Source: the human T2T-CHM13v2.0 reference genome, Homo sapiens
Strand: one strand, 5' to 3'
Assembly (NCBI RefSeq): GCF_009914755.1
Contig: NC_060925.1
DNA: 64,000 nt
Made by a program: the position numbers and the translations under genes. The notes beneath the pieces were generated by a model. It was not told where the DNA came from and searched no databases. It saw only the letters and a program-made list of their open reading frames with translations. This document shows positions 51,251-64,000 of the stretch, one piece after another; the stretch's first letter is position 1; each line of letters starts with the position of its first letter.

Positions 51251-52905
51251 TTTTAATGAGTCACAGGCACCATAACCTACATCTGCGGAAGAAGCCATGA
51301 CCTACCTCTGTAAACCTTTGAAAGACCTCTGCTACCTATTTAAAATAACACATGGCCAAAAGTAATAATGTGATACTGTGGATAGCAATAGGTGCATTAA
51401 TTATTTTCTTCTTGATTATAATAAGTCTTTTCTATTGCTTTGGCCAACTACCTTCTCCTAGAAAACACCTCTTGTATCCTTGTTGGGTGTAGAGACTCTT
51501 CTAAGGACCTACTAGACACCATGTTGGCACTATTAATCCTGTTTGCTCTCTCAATTAACCTAATCCAATGTGGGTGGAAGTAAAACTTTATAATAAATAT
51601 TTCAAAAATTATAGCGTCAGGGAATCATCTTTGTGATTACTAAATTTGTCATCAACATTTCCAGAATAGCAAATTCCACCTTCTGGCCTATCCAGAAAAA
51701 TCTCATGGCCATCTCCCCAGACCTCCTGACTAATCACTGCAATCTCAAAGTACCCAGACCCCTACTTGTTAGGTGAAACTCTGCCTCACTTAATGGATTC
51801 CACCTAAACCCCCTGCCACTATGACCTAGACCTGGAAAGTTGGCTATCTTTACCTCCAGTGCACTAATAATTCTATCTTTAGTACCCACTGTTGTGTTAA
51901 TGACACAAAAACAAAAGTTTCCCTTCAATGCTCTAATCTAACTCTAGTTGCCAAGTTCCCAAGGTCGCAGCAAGGTAAATGGGATTCCACTTGTGTTCGG
52001 AAAATCTGTTTATAGGCCTTCTCCTGAATCAAAACACACAGGGGAAAAGCAACTGCCTAACTGGGGAAGGTGGAAGCACAGCCCCCTTCTAAAGAACAAG
52101 GAGAGTTTGACCACCCCCACTGGAGCAGGGGAGAAATATCTCTACAGACCCAATGTGGCTGCAAAGGGTAGACATCACACCTTGTGGGGCCTCTGTGCCC
52201 CAACTGGGCTCGTTTCTGTTTGTGGTCATGAGTGGGAAACAGTCATATCTCATAACCATTCCCGACTTCCTGGGGAGCCACGTGTTCTTTCAGGCATAGC
52301 TTTCCCTAATTTATCAAAAAGGTGAAATGGGTGAACATACATTGGCCACCCTTACCCCTGTGGGGATCACTGTCTATAACCCCTTAAGACCCAGGAATAC
52401 CAGAAATAAATGAGCAATAACGTTGATTCTGGCAGGAATTGGGGCAGTATTAAGACTAGCAGACCCCTGGGATGGCTTGGCCTACCATGAGTTAGCCCTA
52501 AAATGCTTGACTCAAACCCTACAATCATTAGCCACCAACACAGATTAGGCATTAAAGGGAATTCAAAAATTCCTAGACTCTTGGGCAAATATAATACTTG
52601 ATAACAAACTAGTGCTGGATTATTTAGTAGCTAAACAAGGCAAGTCTATGCAGTTATTAATAAAATATGCTATACATATATTAATATTAATATATTAATT
52701 AATTAATATTAATAACTTCAAACAGGTTGAGGTTAACCTTCAAAAAATCTATGAACAAACTACCCGATAACACAAATACAATGAGGGTACTGGCCCCAAC
52801 TGTATTTGGTTGACTATCAAAAATGTTCTCCCAAGTCTTACCTGGTTCTTACCTCTCCTAGGACTTTTACTGTAAAAGCTAATAATAGCTTTCTGTTATT
52901 ACTAA

Positions 52906-53251
<346 letters not shown>

Positions 53252-53267
53252 TAATCGAACCTCTTAA

Positions 53268-53617
<350 letters not shown>

Positions 53618-53859
53618 ACAACAATTCCATATAAAAATGTTAGCAGCACAAGGCTTCCAACCCATCCCCTCTTCTGACTCAAAAAATGAAAACACCCTCC
53701 CTTTAGGCCCCTTAGGCCAGCTGTCCAAAGATTTTTATTCCCCCAGTGCTAGGCAGAAAGCAAAGTAAAATTAGCAGAAAGCACTCAGAGAAGATAGACC
53801 TCCACCCTTCTGCAGCCCCCTGAGGATTAAGGAGGAGTATCTAATATCTGAGAGGGGGT

Positions 53860-54385
53860 TAAGGTAGAAGATCAGTAGGACTTGTTTTGTAAGCATTGGT
53901 TAGGGCCCTGCTAATCAGAGCAGGATCTGGTTGAAACAGCCTACAGTGAAGAAGCCAGCCAAAACCAGCAGATGGCAATAAAAGTGACCTCTAGTTGCCC
54001 TAACTGCTCATTAGCATAAAGACACTTCCAGCAGCACCATGGCAGTTTATAAATGCCATGGCAGCATGCTATGGCAATGACCCAAAAGTTACCCTATATA
54101 GTTCCGAAAACTCCTTGCCCCTTTTCCAGAAAGTTCTGAATAGCCATCTCTTAATTAGCATATAATTAAAAGTGGGTATAAATATGACTGCCAAAAGCTC
54201 CTAGGCTGCTACTCTGAGCTCACTGTCTATGGGGTAGCCTTGCTATGAGAGTAGCGGTACCTCTGCTGCCTCTTCATAAAAGCTGCTGTCTAACACCACT
54301 GGCTCACCTTCAAGTTCTTTCCTGGGCAAAGCCAAAACCTCTCCTTGGCTAAGCCCCAGTTTGGGGGCTTGCCTGCCCTGCATCA
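53860..54385 (+). mobile_element. ERV1 3' LTR, MER66 family (MER41-related)
   Basis: Preceded by PPT gagagggggt (53850-53859); MER41/66-like core gaagccagccaaaacc...aagtgacctct...aatgccatggca...agttaccctatat; TATAAA at 54177; ends gcctgccctgcatCA. Confidence 0.85.
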
Positions 54386-55801
54386 GTTTTCTGAGAAAGT
54401 GGAGTTGAATTTTATCTAATGCTTTTTCTGCATCTATTGAGATGATATTTTTTCTCTCTTTGTTCTGTTACTATATTAACTCACATTAAACATTTTTTTA
54501 ATGTTAAACTAACATAAGATATTTGGAAAACCAACAGCCAATCACAGAGCTTTGAATTCTATTTGAGAATATGTTGTTGGTTTTTCATCTACATTCATTA
54601 GAGTTTGGCCCTAACTTTCTTTATTTTACTGTCTTGTCAGGTTTTATGATCAAAGCTAAATAAATAAGTTTCTTAAATAAGTTTCTTTTTGCTCCAGTTC
54701 TCAGCTCTATGGAATATTTTGTGTAAGGTTAGTGTTAATTTTTTGAGAATTCATCAGTGAAACTATCTGAGCCTGGTGTTTTCTTTGAGGAAAAAAATAC
54801 AATTATGGATTAAAATTTTAAAACAAATGTAGAGAAATTTAGGTTTTCTACCTATCTTAAGTCAATTTTAATAAGTTGGGTTTTTCAAATAATTTGTCCC
54901 TTAAAAAAATCTAAAATATCACATTAAGTTTTTCATAATATTCTGCTATTTTCTTTGTCATGTTTCTACAGAATAAGGATATTTTTCACTCATGCTATTG
55001 TTAATTTGTGGCTTGTCTCTTTTATTTTTACTGCTCAGTCTTGCTAGAGGGTTATCATTTTCATTAACCTTTTATTAATCTTTTTATATGACCAACTGAA
55101 GATATATATGATCTTATTTTTCATTAATTCCTTTATGTTTGCATTAACTTGTTCTTTTTCTAGTAACTTGAGGTGATGCATAGGTAATTGCTTTTTGTCC
55201 TCTCTGTTTTTAAATTTTATACATTAAGGCCATAAATTTCCTTTTAAACATGACTTTAGCTACATTTCATAAGTTTTCACATCTTATTTCTGTTACCATT
55301 CAATTCAAACCAATTTTCTTGTTTTCATTGTGATTTCTTTTTTTACTCCTGAGTTATTTATAAGTGTGCTGTTTAACTTGAAAACATATGTGGATTTGGG
55401 GTAACTTTTTTTTTTTAAAAAAAAAAACATAGCTAGAGTCTTCTGTGGTCAAAAGTATATTCTATATTTCAATTCTTTGAAATTTGTTGAGCCTTGAATT
55501 ATGGATCAGTCTATGGTCAATATTGGTAAGTATTACATGTACTTTGAAAGGAATGTGTGGTCTGCAATTGTTGGATAAAGCATTCCATATATTTAAAATG
55601 TCATGTTTGTCCATTGTGTTGTTGAAATTTCCTATACTATATATACTTTGTATATATTGGTTTTTCCCAATATTGTGTGTACTGTTTCCATCGGGTACTG
55701 AGAGACATGTATTATATTCCTCCAAAAAAATCTTGGATTTGTATGTTTCTCTTTTAGTTTTGTCATTTTTGAGACATTTAGAGGCTATCTTATTAAATGT
55801 G

Positions 55802-56873
55802 AAGGCAGTCTTTACTTAGCCTGGTAGTGTGAAACCACAAAATAACTATGCAAGTTGAAACCTGCAACCTTAATAATCAATGGGAAAAATTACAATTGCT
55901 TCGTGATATCTAAAAGGTTTTTTTTTTTTGCAACATTAAATGCTCTCTTATTTTTAGTTATAAGTATGTAGAAAATGGAAAAAACTAGTGAAACTAATAT
56001 TTAGTTCACTGGAATTTGAAACAGAAACATGAAGAAATAAAGTGTTTCCTTTTTTGTGAAAAAACAAAAAACAAAACTTACGAAGAATACTTTAAACATT
56101 GTTTGCCTTTTCCTCATTATATGACTTACATTACAAAGCAAGCAGTTCTTCTGTGTGTTGATGAATTGTCGTGTTTCCTGTGAAGTTTGAATCCACTTCC
56201 AGCATTTTATCCTTTGCACTTTCAATGTTATGAAATATCTCTGAGAGTTCCTTTAACGTAAGTTTTTTTCTTGACATCACTTCTGGGACAGCTTCTTCCT
56301 TTTTGTCACAACTTATTTTTTCATTTATATCGATAATTTCACTTTCACTGACTTTCTCTGGCTGTGTTCCCAGAGTCTCTTGAATGGCAGTAGAGTCAAC
56401 ATTCCCAGAGCCAGCTATTTCTTTTATAACTCCATTTATCTTTGATTCAAATTTCACTTCCCAGTATTATCATTTTTCATTTATTTGCTACGTGTTCATC
56501 CTTTTTAGCCAATTCCCTCTTTTGATTATCCATTTCTGTAAAGTGTCATTTATCACTAGGAGACAAAATGGTAACGTAAGTATACACTTTTTAGTTTCTG
56601 TGTGAATGAAATAACAGATACCCAGTGACCAGTCAGTGACAGACTTTGAACGAAATGATGTGATTGGTCACCCATCATTATTCACATTTGTTATTCACAT
56701 GGTGATTTTTGGATTGAAGGACCAGTAATGAAGTTGGTACTTTATATAGTTAAAATTAATATATTGTGCAAACTGAAATATGAATCGTGTTCTTGGGAGA
56801 CTGGTTTTAGTTAGCTAAATTGTTATAACCGATATTCATCCATATGGGAACTGTGTAAACTGGAAACTGTCAG
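55802..56873 (-). mobile_element. Tigger6-like TcMar DNA transposon (internally deleted)
   Basis: Degenerate TIRs aaggcagtctttacttagcctgg / ggaactgtgtaaactggaaactgtcag; minus-strand ORF 56131..56457 resembles the acidic Tigger transposase C-terminus. Confidence 0.8.
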
Positions 56874-57303
56874 TATATAATTTTAGAATTTTTGTATCTT
56901 TTAGGTGAATTATCTCTTTTAAAACTAACTTTAAAAGCCCTCTAGCAATACTTCTTGCTTTACCATAACCTTATTGTAGCCATACCTATACTGAATAACA
57001 TTTTATATTTGTGTATTGTGTCTTCTTTCATCCTATTACTTTTAACTTTTCTTTGTAATCATATTTAATATGCTTAGTTTGTTATCAACATATTATATAT
57101 ATATGTGCAATATAAAATTCTCTGTTTTCTAGTTGGAGAACTTAGTACAATTACGTTTAATGTAATTAAGAATGTTCAGTTTTAAACTTACCAACTTACC
57201 GTTTCTTATTCATTTGTTCTATATGCTCTTTATTTGTCTCTTTCTTGCTTTTTTTTAAATATGTAGTTTGATTATGTGATTTCTCATTCTATTAGTTTGT
57301 TAG

Positions 57304-57880
57304 TGTATTAGGGTTCTCCAGAGAGAAACAATAGGATGTATCTACATATAAATAGATAATAAGAGGGTATTCATCAGGGGAATGGCTCACACAATTAGGG
57401 AGGGCAATTGGTTCACACAATTAAGTCTCATGATAGGCCCTCGGCAAGCGGGAGACCTGGGATGCTGGTAGCATGACTCAGTCCAAGTCCAAAAGCCTCA
57501 GAACCAAGGAAGCCAATGGCATAATTCTGTCTGAGGCCAAAGGCTCAGGAGCCCCCAAGAAGCTGCTGGTACAAGTCCCAGAGTCCAAAGGCTTAAGAAC
57601 CCAGAGTTCTGATGCCCAAGGGGAAAGAGAAAGAGTTTCCTGCTCTGGAAGAGGAAGAAAGAAAAGTCTCCCCTTCTTTCACCTGTTTGTTCCATCTGGG
57701 CTCCCAGCTGATTAGATGGCACTCATCCACACTGAGGGTGGATCTTCCTCTCTCAGTCTGCTGACTCACATGACAGTCTCCTCCAGAAACACCATACAAA
57801 CACACCCAGAAATAATGCTTTACCAGCCATCAAGGCATCCCTCAACCCAGTCAAGTTGATATTTAAAATTTACCATCACA
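57304..57880 (-). mobile_element. MLT2B-like ERVL solo LTR
   Basis: tgtattagggttctccagag ... cagtcaagttgatatttaaaatttaccatcaca; 5-bp TSD gttag/gtgag. Confidence 0.9.
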
Positions 57881-59624
57881 GTGAGCTATACTTTTATTTT
57901 CTAAGTGGTTAGTCTTGAGGTTGCAATACGCATTCTAACTTGTTGAGAGTCTGGTATAAATTAATACTCTCACAATTTTATAATGAATAAGATACCTTAG
58001 AATGCTTTTCCTGCATTTATTGCTCTCTGCATTTTTAAAGTAAAATGAATTTAAATTCCCTAATATTTACCCTCTCCAGTGCTCTTTAATCCTTTCTATA
58101 TTTCTATGCTTCCACTATTTTTGTTTAGCTTGAGGAAATTCACTTTTATTATTTCTTTTAATGTGGGCCTGCTGGCAATGAGTTCTTTCAGTTTTTGTGT
58201 GGCTAAAATATTTTCATTTGGCATTCATTTTCAAATGATATCTTTGGTACAAAATTCTAGGTAGCCAGTTGTTTTCTTTTATCCTTTGGAAGATGTTATC
58301 CCGTTATCTTTTCACTTCCATATTTTGGAGAGTTAGCTGTACATCTGATATATATTTCTTTGAAGGCCATGTCTTTTATTCCCTGGTGCTTTTAATATAT
58401 TCTCTCTGTCTTTTGTCTTCAACAGTCTTTCTATGATGTTCCAAGGCCTACCTGTCTTTGCATATGTCTGGTTTGTCAAGCTTCTCCAATCTGTGGCTTA
58501 GTGTCTTAGTTTCAAAAAAATTTTTTTCAGGTATTCCTTCTGCTCATTTACTTTTTTTTTTCTTGGTTGCCAAATATACATACATTACACCTTTTTTTGT
58601 GTATCTTTTTAACTTTTCTGTTCTTCTGTTTGTTATTCCCTTCTTTTTCATGCTGTCGTCTGATTATTTTACACTGAGCTATCTTCTGTTTCAATAATCC
58701 CAAATTTTGCTCAATATAATCAGCAGTTAAACTATTTATTAAGTCCTTAGTTTTGTTATTGTATTTTTAACTTTAGAATGCCTATTCAATTTTTCCTATA
58801 TATTCTTTGTGAAATTCTTCATCTTACAGTCTATTTAAAAACATATTAATCACAATCATTTTTAAGTCTGCATCTGATAACACCAATATCTTGATGGAGG
58901 GGTCTGTTTAGGTTGACTTTAAAACATCGTATTTATTTGGGCATTTCTACTATTATACTGATAATGTTTTAAGTGAATATCAAACACAATAAATTGTAGA
59001 GGCTCTGGCTAATATCTTCCTTTCAAGATTTTTTTTTTTTGGACATTTGGTAAGATTTGGGAAAGATCACTTTAATTCAATAAGTAATTAAGATAGCTTG
59101 TGCTTTGTGAGCCTTTATACATTTCCTTTTTTTTTTTTTTTTTTTAGTTTTTTCTTTCTTCTAAGGCCTGGCTCTTCAGGGGTCTCAACTAAAAGCTTGG
59201 ATTAGGACCTCCACATTGACAGTCTTTGAAGTACAATTTCTATTTCATCAGCAGTGTGTCTGCTAAAAACTCTTCTTAGTTTTTTGGACTCTCTATTGCC
59301 AATTTCTATTTGGCTTTTTATACCGTTATTTTGCATTGCTTAGGATTTGAAGAATACCTCAAAGGCTAAAGTAGCACAGAATATTAGTTTCCCTTCAATG
59401 TGTTCTTTTTTATATTATTATTAGACTTTTATGTCCTGACTACTTGGTTGCTCTCAAATGCTTTTAAACTTTTTTGTATACTTAATTCATGTTTTATGAT
59501 TGTTCTTGCCAGGACAGTTTGTTGTATTACACGCTACTCTATAATAGCTGAAAATAGAAATCTCCAGCTGGAATTACTTTAATATATGTCAGTTAGCTAC
59601 ATCTTACATTTCAGGTGTGTACCG

Positions 59625-60011
59625 TGTTTTAGTCTGCCTTCTGATGGTATAACAGAATACCACAGACTGGTTAGTTTATAAAGAAAATAAGTTTGTTTGG
59701 CTCATAGTTCTGGAGACTAAGAAGTCTAAGAGCATGGTGCTGGCATCTGCTCAACATCGGGTGAAAGCCTTCTTGCTGCATCAAAACATGGTACCAGGGT
59801 AGTAGGGCAAAAGAGAGCATGTGAGACAGAGCTCACTTTTATATAAAAGCCACTCCTATGATAACTGAACTACTCCCATGATAATGGCATTAATCTGTTC
59901 ATGACAGCAGAGTCCTCATGACCCAATTGCCTTTGAAAGGCTCTGTCTCTTGCACAGTGCAAGCAAAATTCCAAGACATGAACTTTTGTGGACTACATTT
60001 AAGCTATAGCA
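59625..60011 (-). mobile_element. MST (MSTC/D-like) MaLR solo LTR
   Basis: tgttttagtctg...ataacagaataccacagactgg...ctatagca; 5-bp TSD taccg/taccc. Confidence 0.85.
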
Positions 60012-60544
60012 TACCCAGTTCATACTAAAACTCATCCAGGAGTAATAGTCTTTGTATTAGAAAAAATTATTAATATAATTGAAAGTTCAGTTAATATATA
60101 AGACCTGTTAAGAAAATGTAGTCTTCACAAATCAATACAACACCAAATAATTTAGAAAGTGATTTTTAAAGATAAGGTGGTTAGGTTTTTTTTTTAAACC
60201 TTTCAGAGAAATATAGGATTTCTGACTCTTTATTCTTCCTTTCAGTACACTTTAATCTTGATTTGATACACAAATATGATTAGTATGCAGTAATTCAGAG
60301 ACAAATTTACTGCAAGTGAGAAACAATGATAGTGGCAAACATTAGTCTTGAAAATATCTTCCCAAAAATCTTTCATTGACTAAAATCTTACTTGCCCAAA
60401 AAAATTTCTATCATTTTAGTCTACATTTACTGAAATAATACTCTTAGTTTTTCTTTTCTTCTAATCTTGAGCCAATAGAGCAAAAGTGTAAGAATTTTCT
60501 TAAATATAATAAAATGTAGAGTCTTTTTTATTATTTACATAATA

Positions 60545-60780
60545 AGCACATTTTATAGCCATTTATGGTTTACAAAGTACATTCTCATGCACTATTTGCA
60601 TTTGATCCCTACTATAGCCTTGTGAGTTTGGCAAGGTAGGTGTTTTCCAATTTTACAGGTGAGTAAAATAAGAATCAAAGACTCAAAGTGCTTTTTCTAC
60701 ATCACTCAAGAATAAAATAATAAATCTGACGCTCACATTTATGCCTCTTGATTCTAATCCCATGTTTATCCATCTATACT
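60545..60780 (-). mobile_element. MIR SINE
   Basis: ccaattttacaggtgagtaaaataag corresponds to the MIR core cccattttacagatgaggaaactgag. Confidence 0.65.
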
Positions 60781-61699
60781 ATGTTGCCTCCTTCAATTAG
60801 CATTCACTAAGCACCTATAATATGCCAAAACCAGAATTAAGCACTGGTGACAGACAGAAACATAGCACGAGCAAGCAAACAAATTAAAACATATGTTGGA
60901 TTGTGAGGAAAGGCTTCCTTATCTTCTTTTGCTGTGTTTCTTCTAAATTCTTGAAAGACTGTGTATCTATTAATCTAGTTCACAGGATTTATTAAATACT
61001 TATTGTCAACTCTTGGTGTCATTGGGGGATTGAGAAAGAAACAGAAGGCATAATTCTTCCCAGAAAGTCCTTTGTATCTAAGTAATATAGACAACAAATG
61101 AAGCAATTTGAGAAGCAGATACTCAATAAGTACTTGTTTGGTTTCATAGGGAGCCCGTCAACATATGCAAAATCATATGTTCATGTTTATTTTCGTGGCT
61201 CCTCTAAAATGTCTGCAATTTGGAATGGTCTCGTTCAGGCTGGACTGGTTAGCAATCCCAACAGCAACCACCACATGCTCACAGTGTCTTCCACATCAGT
61301 TATAAATTACAGACCACTGCCTGGAAACCCTTGCTACATAAAGCCCAAAGCCTATTAACCATAATTTCCTCTCTTCCTTTGTTTGGGTTCGACTCTCCAA
61401 ACACTGACTGTGAATCTTCAACAGAAAACGCAATACATGTTTAATTGATTGGATTTCAAAGATGAAAATCCCTAACACCAGGCGTCAAAGAAGAAGAAAC
61501 GCATTGATTGAAATTTATTCTATTACTGATATTTTATTATTAATTCTCATACAAATTCTTACTAGAGATATGATTTTTCTCATTCTAAAAATGATTATCT
61601 TAAAATTCAGAGATGTTAAGCACTGGCTAGTAGAGCTACAGATAGGATTAAAATTGAAATCCAGTTTATGGAAAAACTCATGGTCCTTTCTCTCTACAC

Positions 61700-62031
61700 C
61701 AGGGTTTTGGAAACATTTTCTATAAAGAAAGCAGATTAAAAAACTACTTTAGGGTTTATGGGCCATTCAGTCTGTGTCACAACTACTTAACTACTACTTC
61801 CGTTAGCATGAACATAGCCATAGTCAATATGTAAATGAACAAGCATAACTATATCTCAACGAAATTATATTTATGAACTCGGAAGTTTGAATTTCATATA
61901 ATTTTCATATTATTCATGTTTAAAGTTTTTTTAACCATTCAAAAATGCAAAAACTATTCTTAGCTCACAGGCTGTACAAAAACAGGCAGTGGGTCAGATT
62001 TGGCTTGTGGACAATAGTGTGCTAATATCTA
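61700..62031. mobile_element. MER58B-like hAT-Charlie MITE
   Basis: cagggttttggaaacattttctataaag...tcacaactact...aaacaggcagtgggtcagatttggc. Confidence 0.85.
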
Positions 62032-62393
62032 TTCTATATCATGTTTCCAGTAAATATTAAAGATATTTACTAGTGTTTGCTTTATTTCCACACCATGACA
62101 ACATTCACTTTTAATTCTACTTAGTAAACAATGCCTCATATGAACAATATATTGTGATATGGAGGGATCCAAAGATGAATGAATTACCATCTTCACCCTT
62201 AAGGTACATACATAGCAGTGGGCATGTTTACAAAAATATGATAGAAGACACAAAGTTGTAAGTCATGTGCTACAGATACAGTAAAGTGAAAAATAGACTT
62301 GAAAGAACCTGGTAACTGATTGGACATAAGGAGATAGAGATAAGCATTATCTCAGGCTGAATTATTTCATTTATCACATCTTCCACACCCGGT

Positions 62394-62426
62394 TACACAC
62401 ACACGCACGCGCGCGCACACACACAC
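62394..62426. repeat. Alternating purine-pyrimidine tract (CA)n(CG)n(CA)n
   Basis: tacacacacacgcacgcgcgcgcacacacacac. Confidence 0.9.
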
Positions 62427-62490
62427 TCACGGGTTTAGTCATTTTAATCATAACAGATTTATTTTAGTGCTGAAATATGTCAGAGTTTTC

Positions 62491-62791
<301 letters not shown>

Positions 62792-63609
62792 TCACTTCTC
62801 TATAACATTCCTGGTGGGAAACTTATATTTTTTTCCTTCTCTGTAAATGATTTACTCATTATGTCTCCCCAAGAAATACAAACTTACCTTCTACTTCTGT
62901 CATTTAGCTCAAGGATTATTTCTATTATAGAACCTAACCCTTTCTAAACTCTTCTCCTGAGCCCCAGGTGGTATAATTGATCACTTCATCCTTGATACAC
63001 ACTTCTCTCAAAGTCCCTGTATACTCCACTGTTCTTGTTTACCTATCTCTTCATCCTGTGAACTGTAAGGATCTCGGGACAGAGGCCATGTGTAGTCAAG
63101 ATTGTATGTTCAACACTGAGTGCAGAGCCTGCTTATTGTAGTGTTCAAAACTGGTGAATGCATGAATAAATGACGAGATATTAAGTCTTAGCCTTGGCAA
63201 TGGGGAGCATATTGATAATATCTTTTATGACACAGAATAGAGGTAAATAAGTAGGACTGTACACTGGTCTAGACTGAAAAGAGAATGGCCACTACCATTT
63301 CTTCTGAGGCCAGAAATAGTGGCAAACCACCTCTTCTTGAAAAGCCTTTTAAAAGATGGGCTGCAGTTCGAGTGGAAATCACATCAAAGGGAATTTTTCA
63401 AGGATGAGGAGAATTTGTGATTATCTTTGTTTGTGGCAGGTTGGATTTGGATTCTCTAGGAAATACATATTCTGAGATGGAATTTGGTATACAGGCCATT
63501 TACTAAGGAGTGGTCTAGGGATCACCATCTGTGAGCGAGAATGGAAAGAAGCGTAAGTGGGTAAAAAAGGAAGTTGAGCAGCCTTAATGTTAGACTCAGC
63601 TGACTCCTT

Positions 63610-64000
63610 CTGTGGAGAAATAATATATATGACCACAAAGGACAAGGCGGTTCAAAGTAGAGTAGTACTTCTGTAAGGTCCTAACATTATTCATGAGATA
63701 GTAATATTTTTTGGAAGTAGATTGCAATAAGCTAGAGATGCATATTGTAATCTCTAGAATAAAAATACACATATGCACAAATAACTGTAGAGGAAAAGTC
63801 AAAGAGAAGATTAATGGAATAATAAAATAAATGGATTCAAAGAAGGCAGGAAAAGAGGAACTAAGAAATGAATAATTGTTGGAAACAACAGAAAATAAAT
63901 ACCAAGATGGTAGACTTAAACCCACCTATATCATTAATTACATTATTTAAATTATCTAAAAACTCCATGCAAAAGGCAGAAATTGTCATATAAAAAGAAC
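63610..64000 (+). mobile_element. Old L1M fragment (ORF1/ORF2 junction region), running off the window
   Basis: aagctagagatgcatattgtaatctctaga...caagatggtagacttaaacccacctatatcattaattacatt is typical L1M sequence at the ORF2 start. Confidence 0.7.

Larger units (their letters stand above)
54386..59570 (-). mobile_element. Old L1 (L1ME-like) ORF2/ORF1 remnants, interrupted by Tigger6 and MLT2B
   Basis: Reverse-strand ISIDAEKALDKIQ (RT motif) at about 54405-54445; ORF 55462..55725 is endonuclease-like; T-rich degenerate L1 continues to about 59570. Confidence 0.75.

Noticed and set aside
56131-56457. 108-aa Tigger-like ORF as a domesticated transposase
   Set aside because: Only an acidic C-terminal fragment in an internally deleted element, with no DDE or HTH domain.
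63436-63610. Possible ERVL-type LTR fragment
   Set aside because: It resembles old ERVL LTRs, but I could not assign family or boundaries with confidence.

Overview
Human (or very closely related ape) genomic DNA from inside the PAPPA2 gene (pappalysin-2, an IGFBP-3/-5 metzincin protease; 1q25.2 in human), transcribed on the + strand. Nine internal coding exons (equivalent to exons 4-12) lie at 7703-7848, 26865-27158, 28856-29048, 32468-32589, 35810-36299, 39323-39451, 43066-43157, 46689-46882 and 48541-48687. All have AG/GT boundaries and compatible phases, and they splice into one open 1807-nt frame containing the zinc motif [11 protein letters not shown] and the Met-turn. The rest is intron, rich in Alu, L1, L2, MIR, L3, MaLR/ERVL LTRs and DNA transposons. 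I found no wholly new biological system. The most interesting observations are: (1) a sense-oriented, decayed ERV-V/MER66-type provirus end in intron 12 (integrase tail, reconstructable env resembling placental ERVV-1/2, PPT and 3' LTR); (2) a 7-unit anchored variable-length repeat at 14366-14560 that looks like iterated microhomology-driven template switching; (3) a weak exon-5 donor whose read-through gives a short truncated isoform next to a genomic A22 tract; (4) UG repeats just downstream of three donors, plus a few cryptic-splicing and enhancer candidates. Repeat subfamily names and protein comparisons come from recalled consensus sequences and should be checked with RepeatMasker/BLAST.
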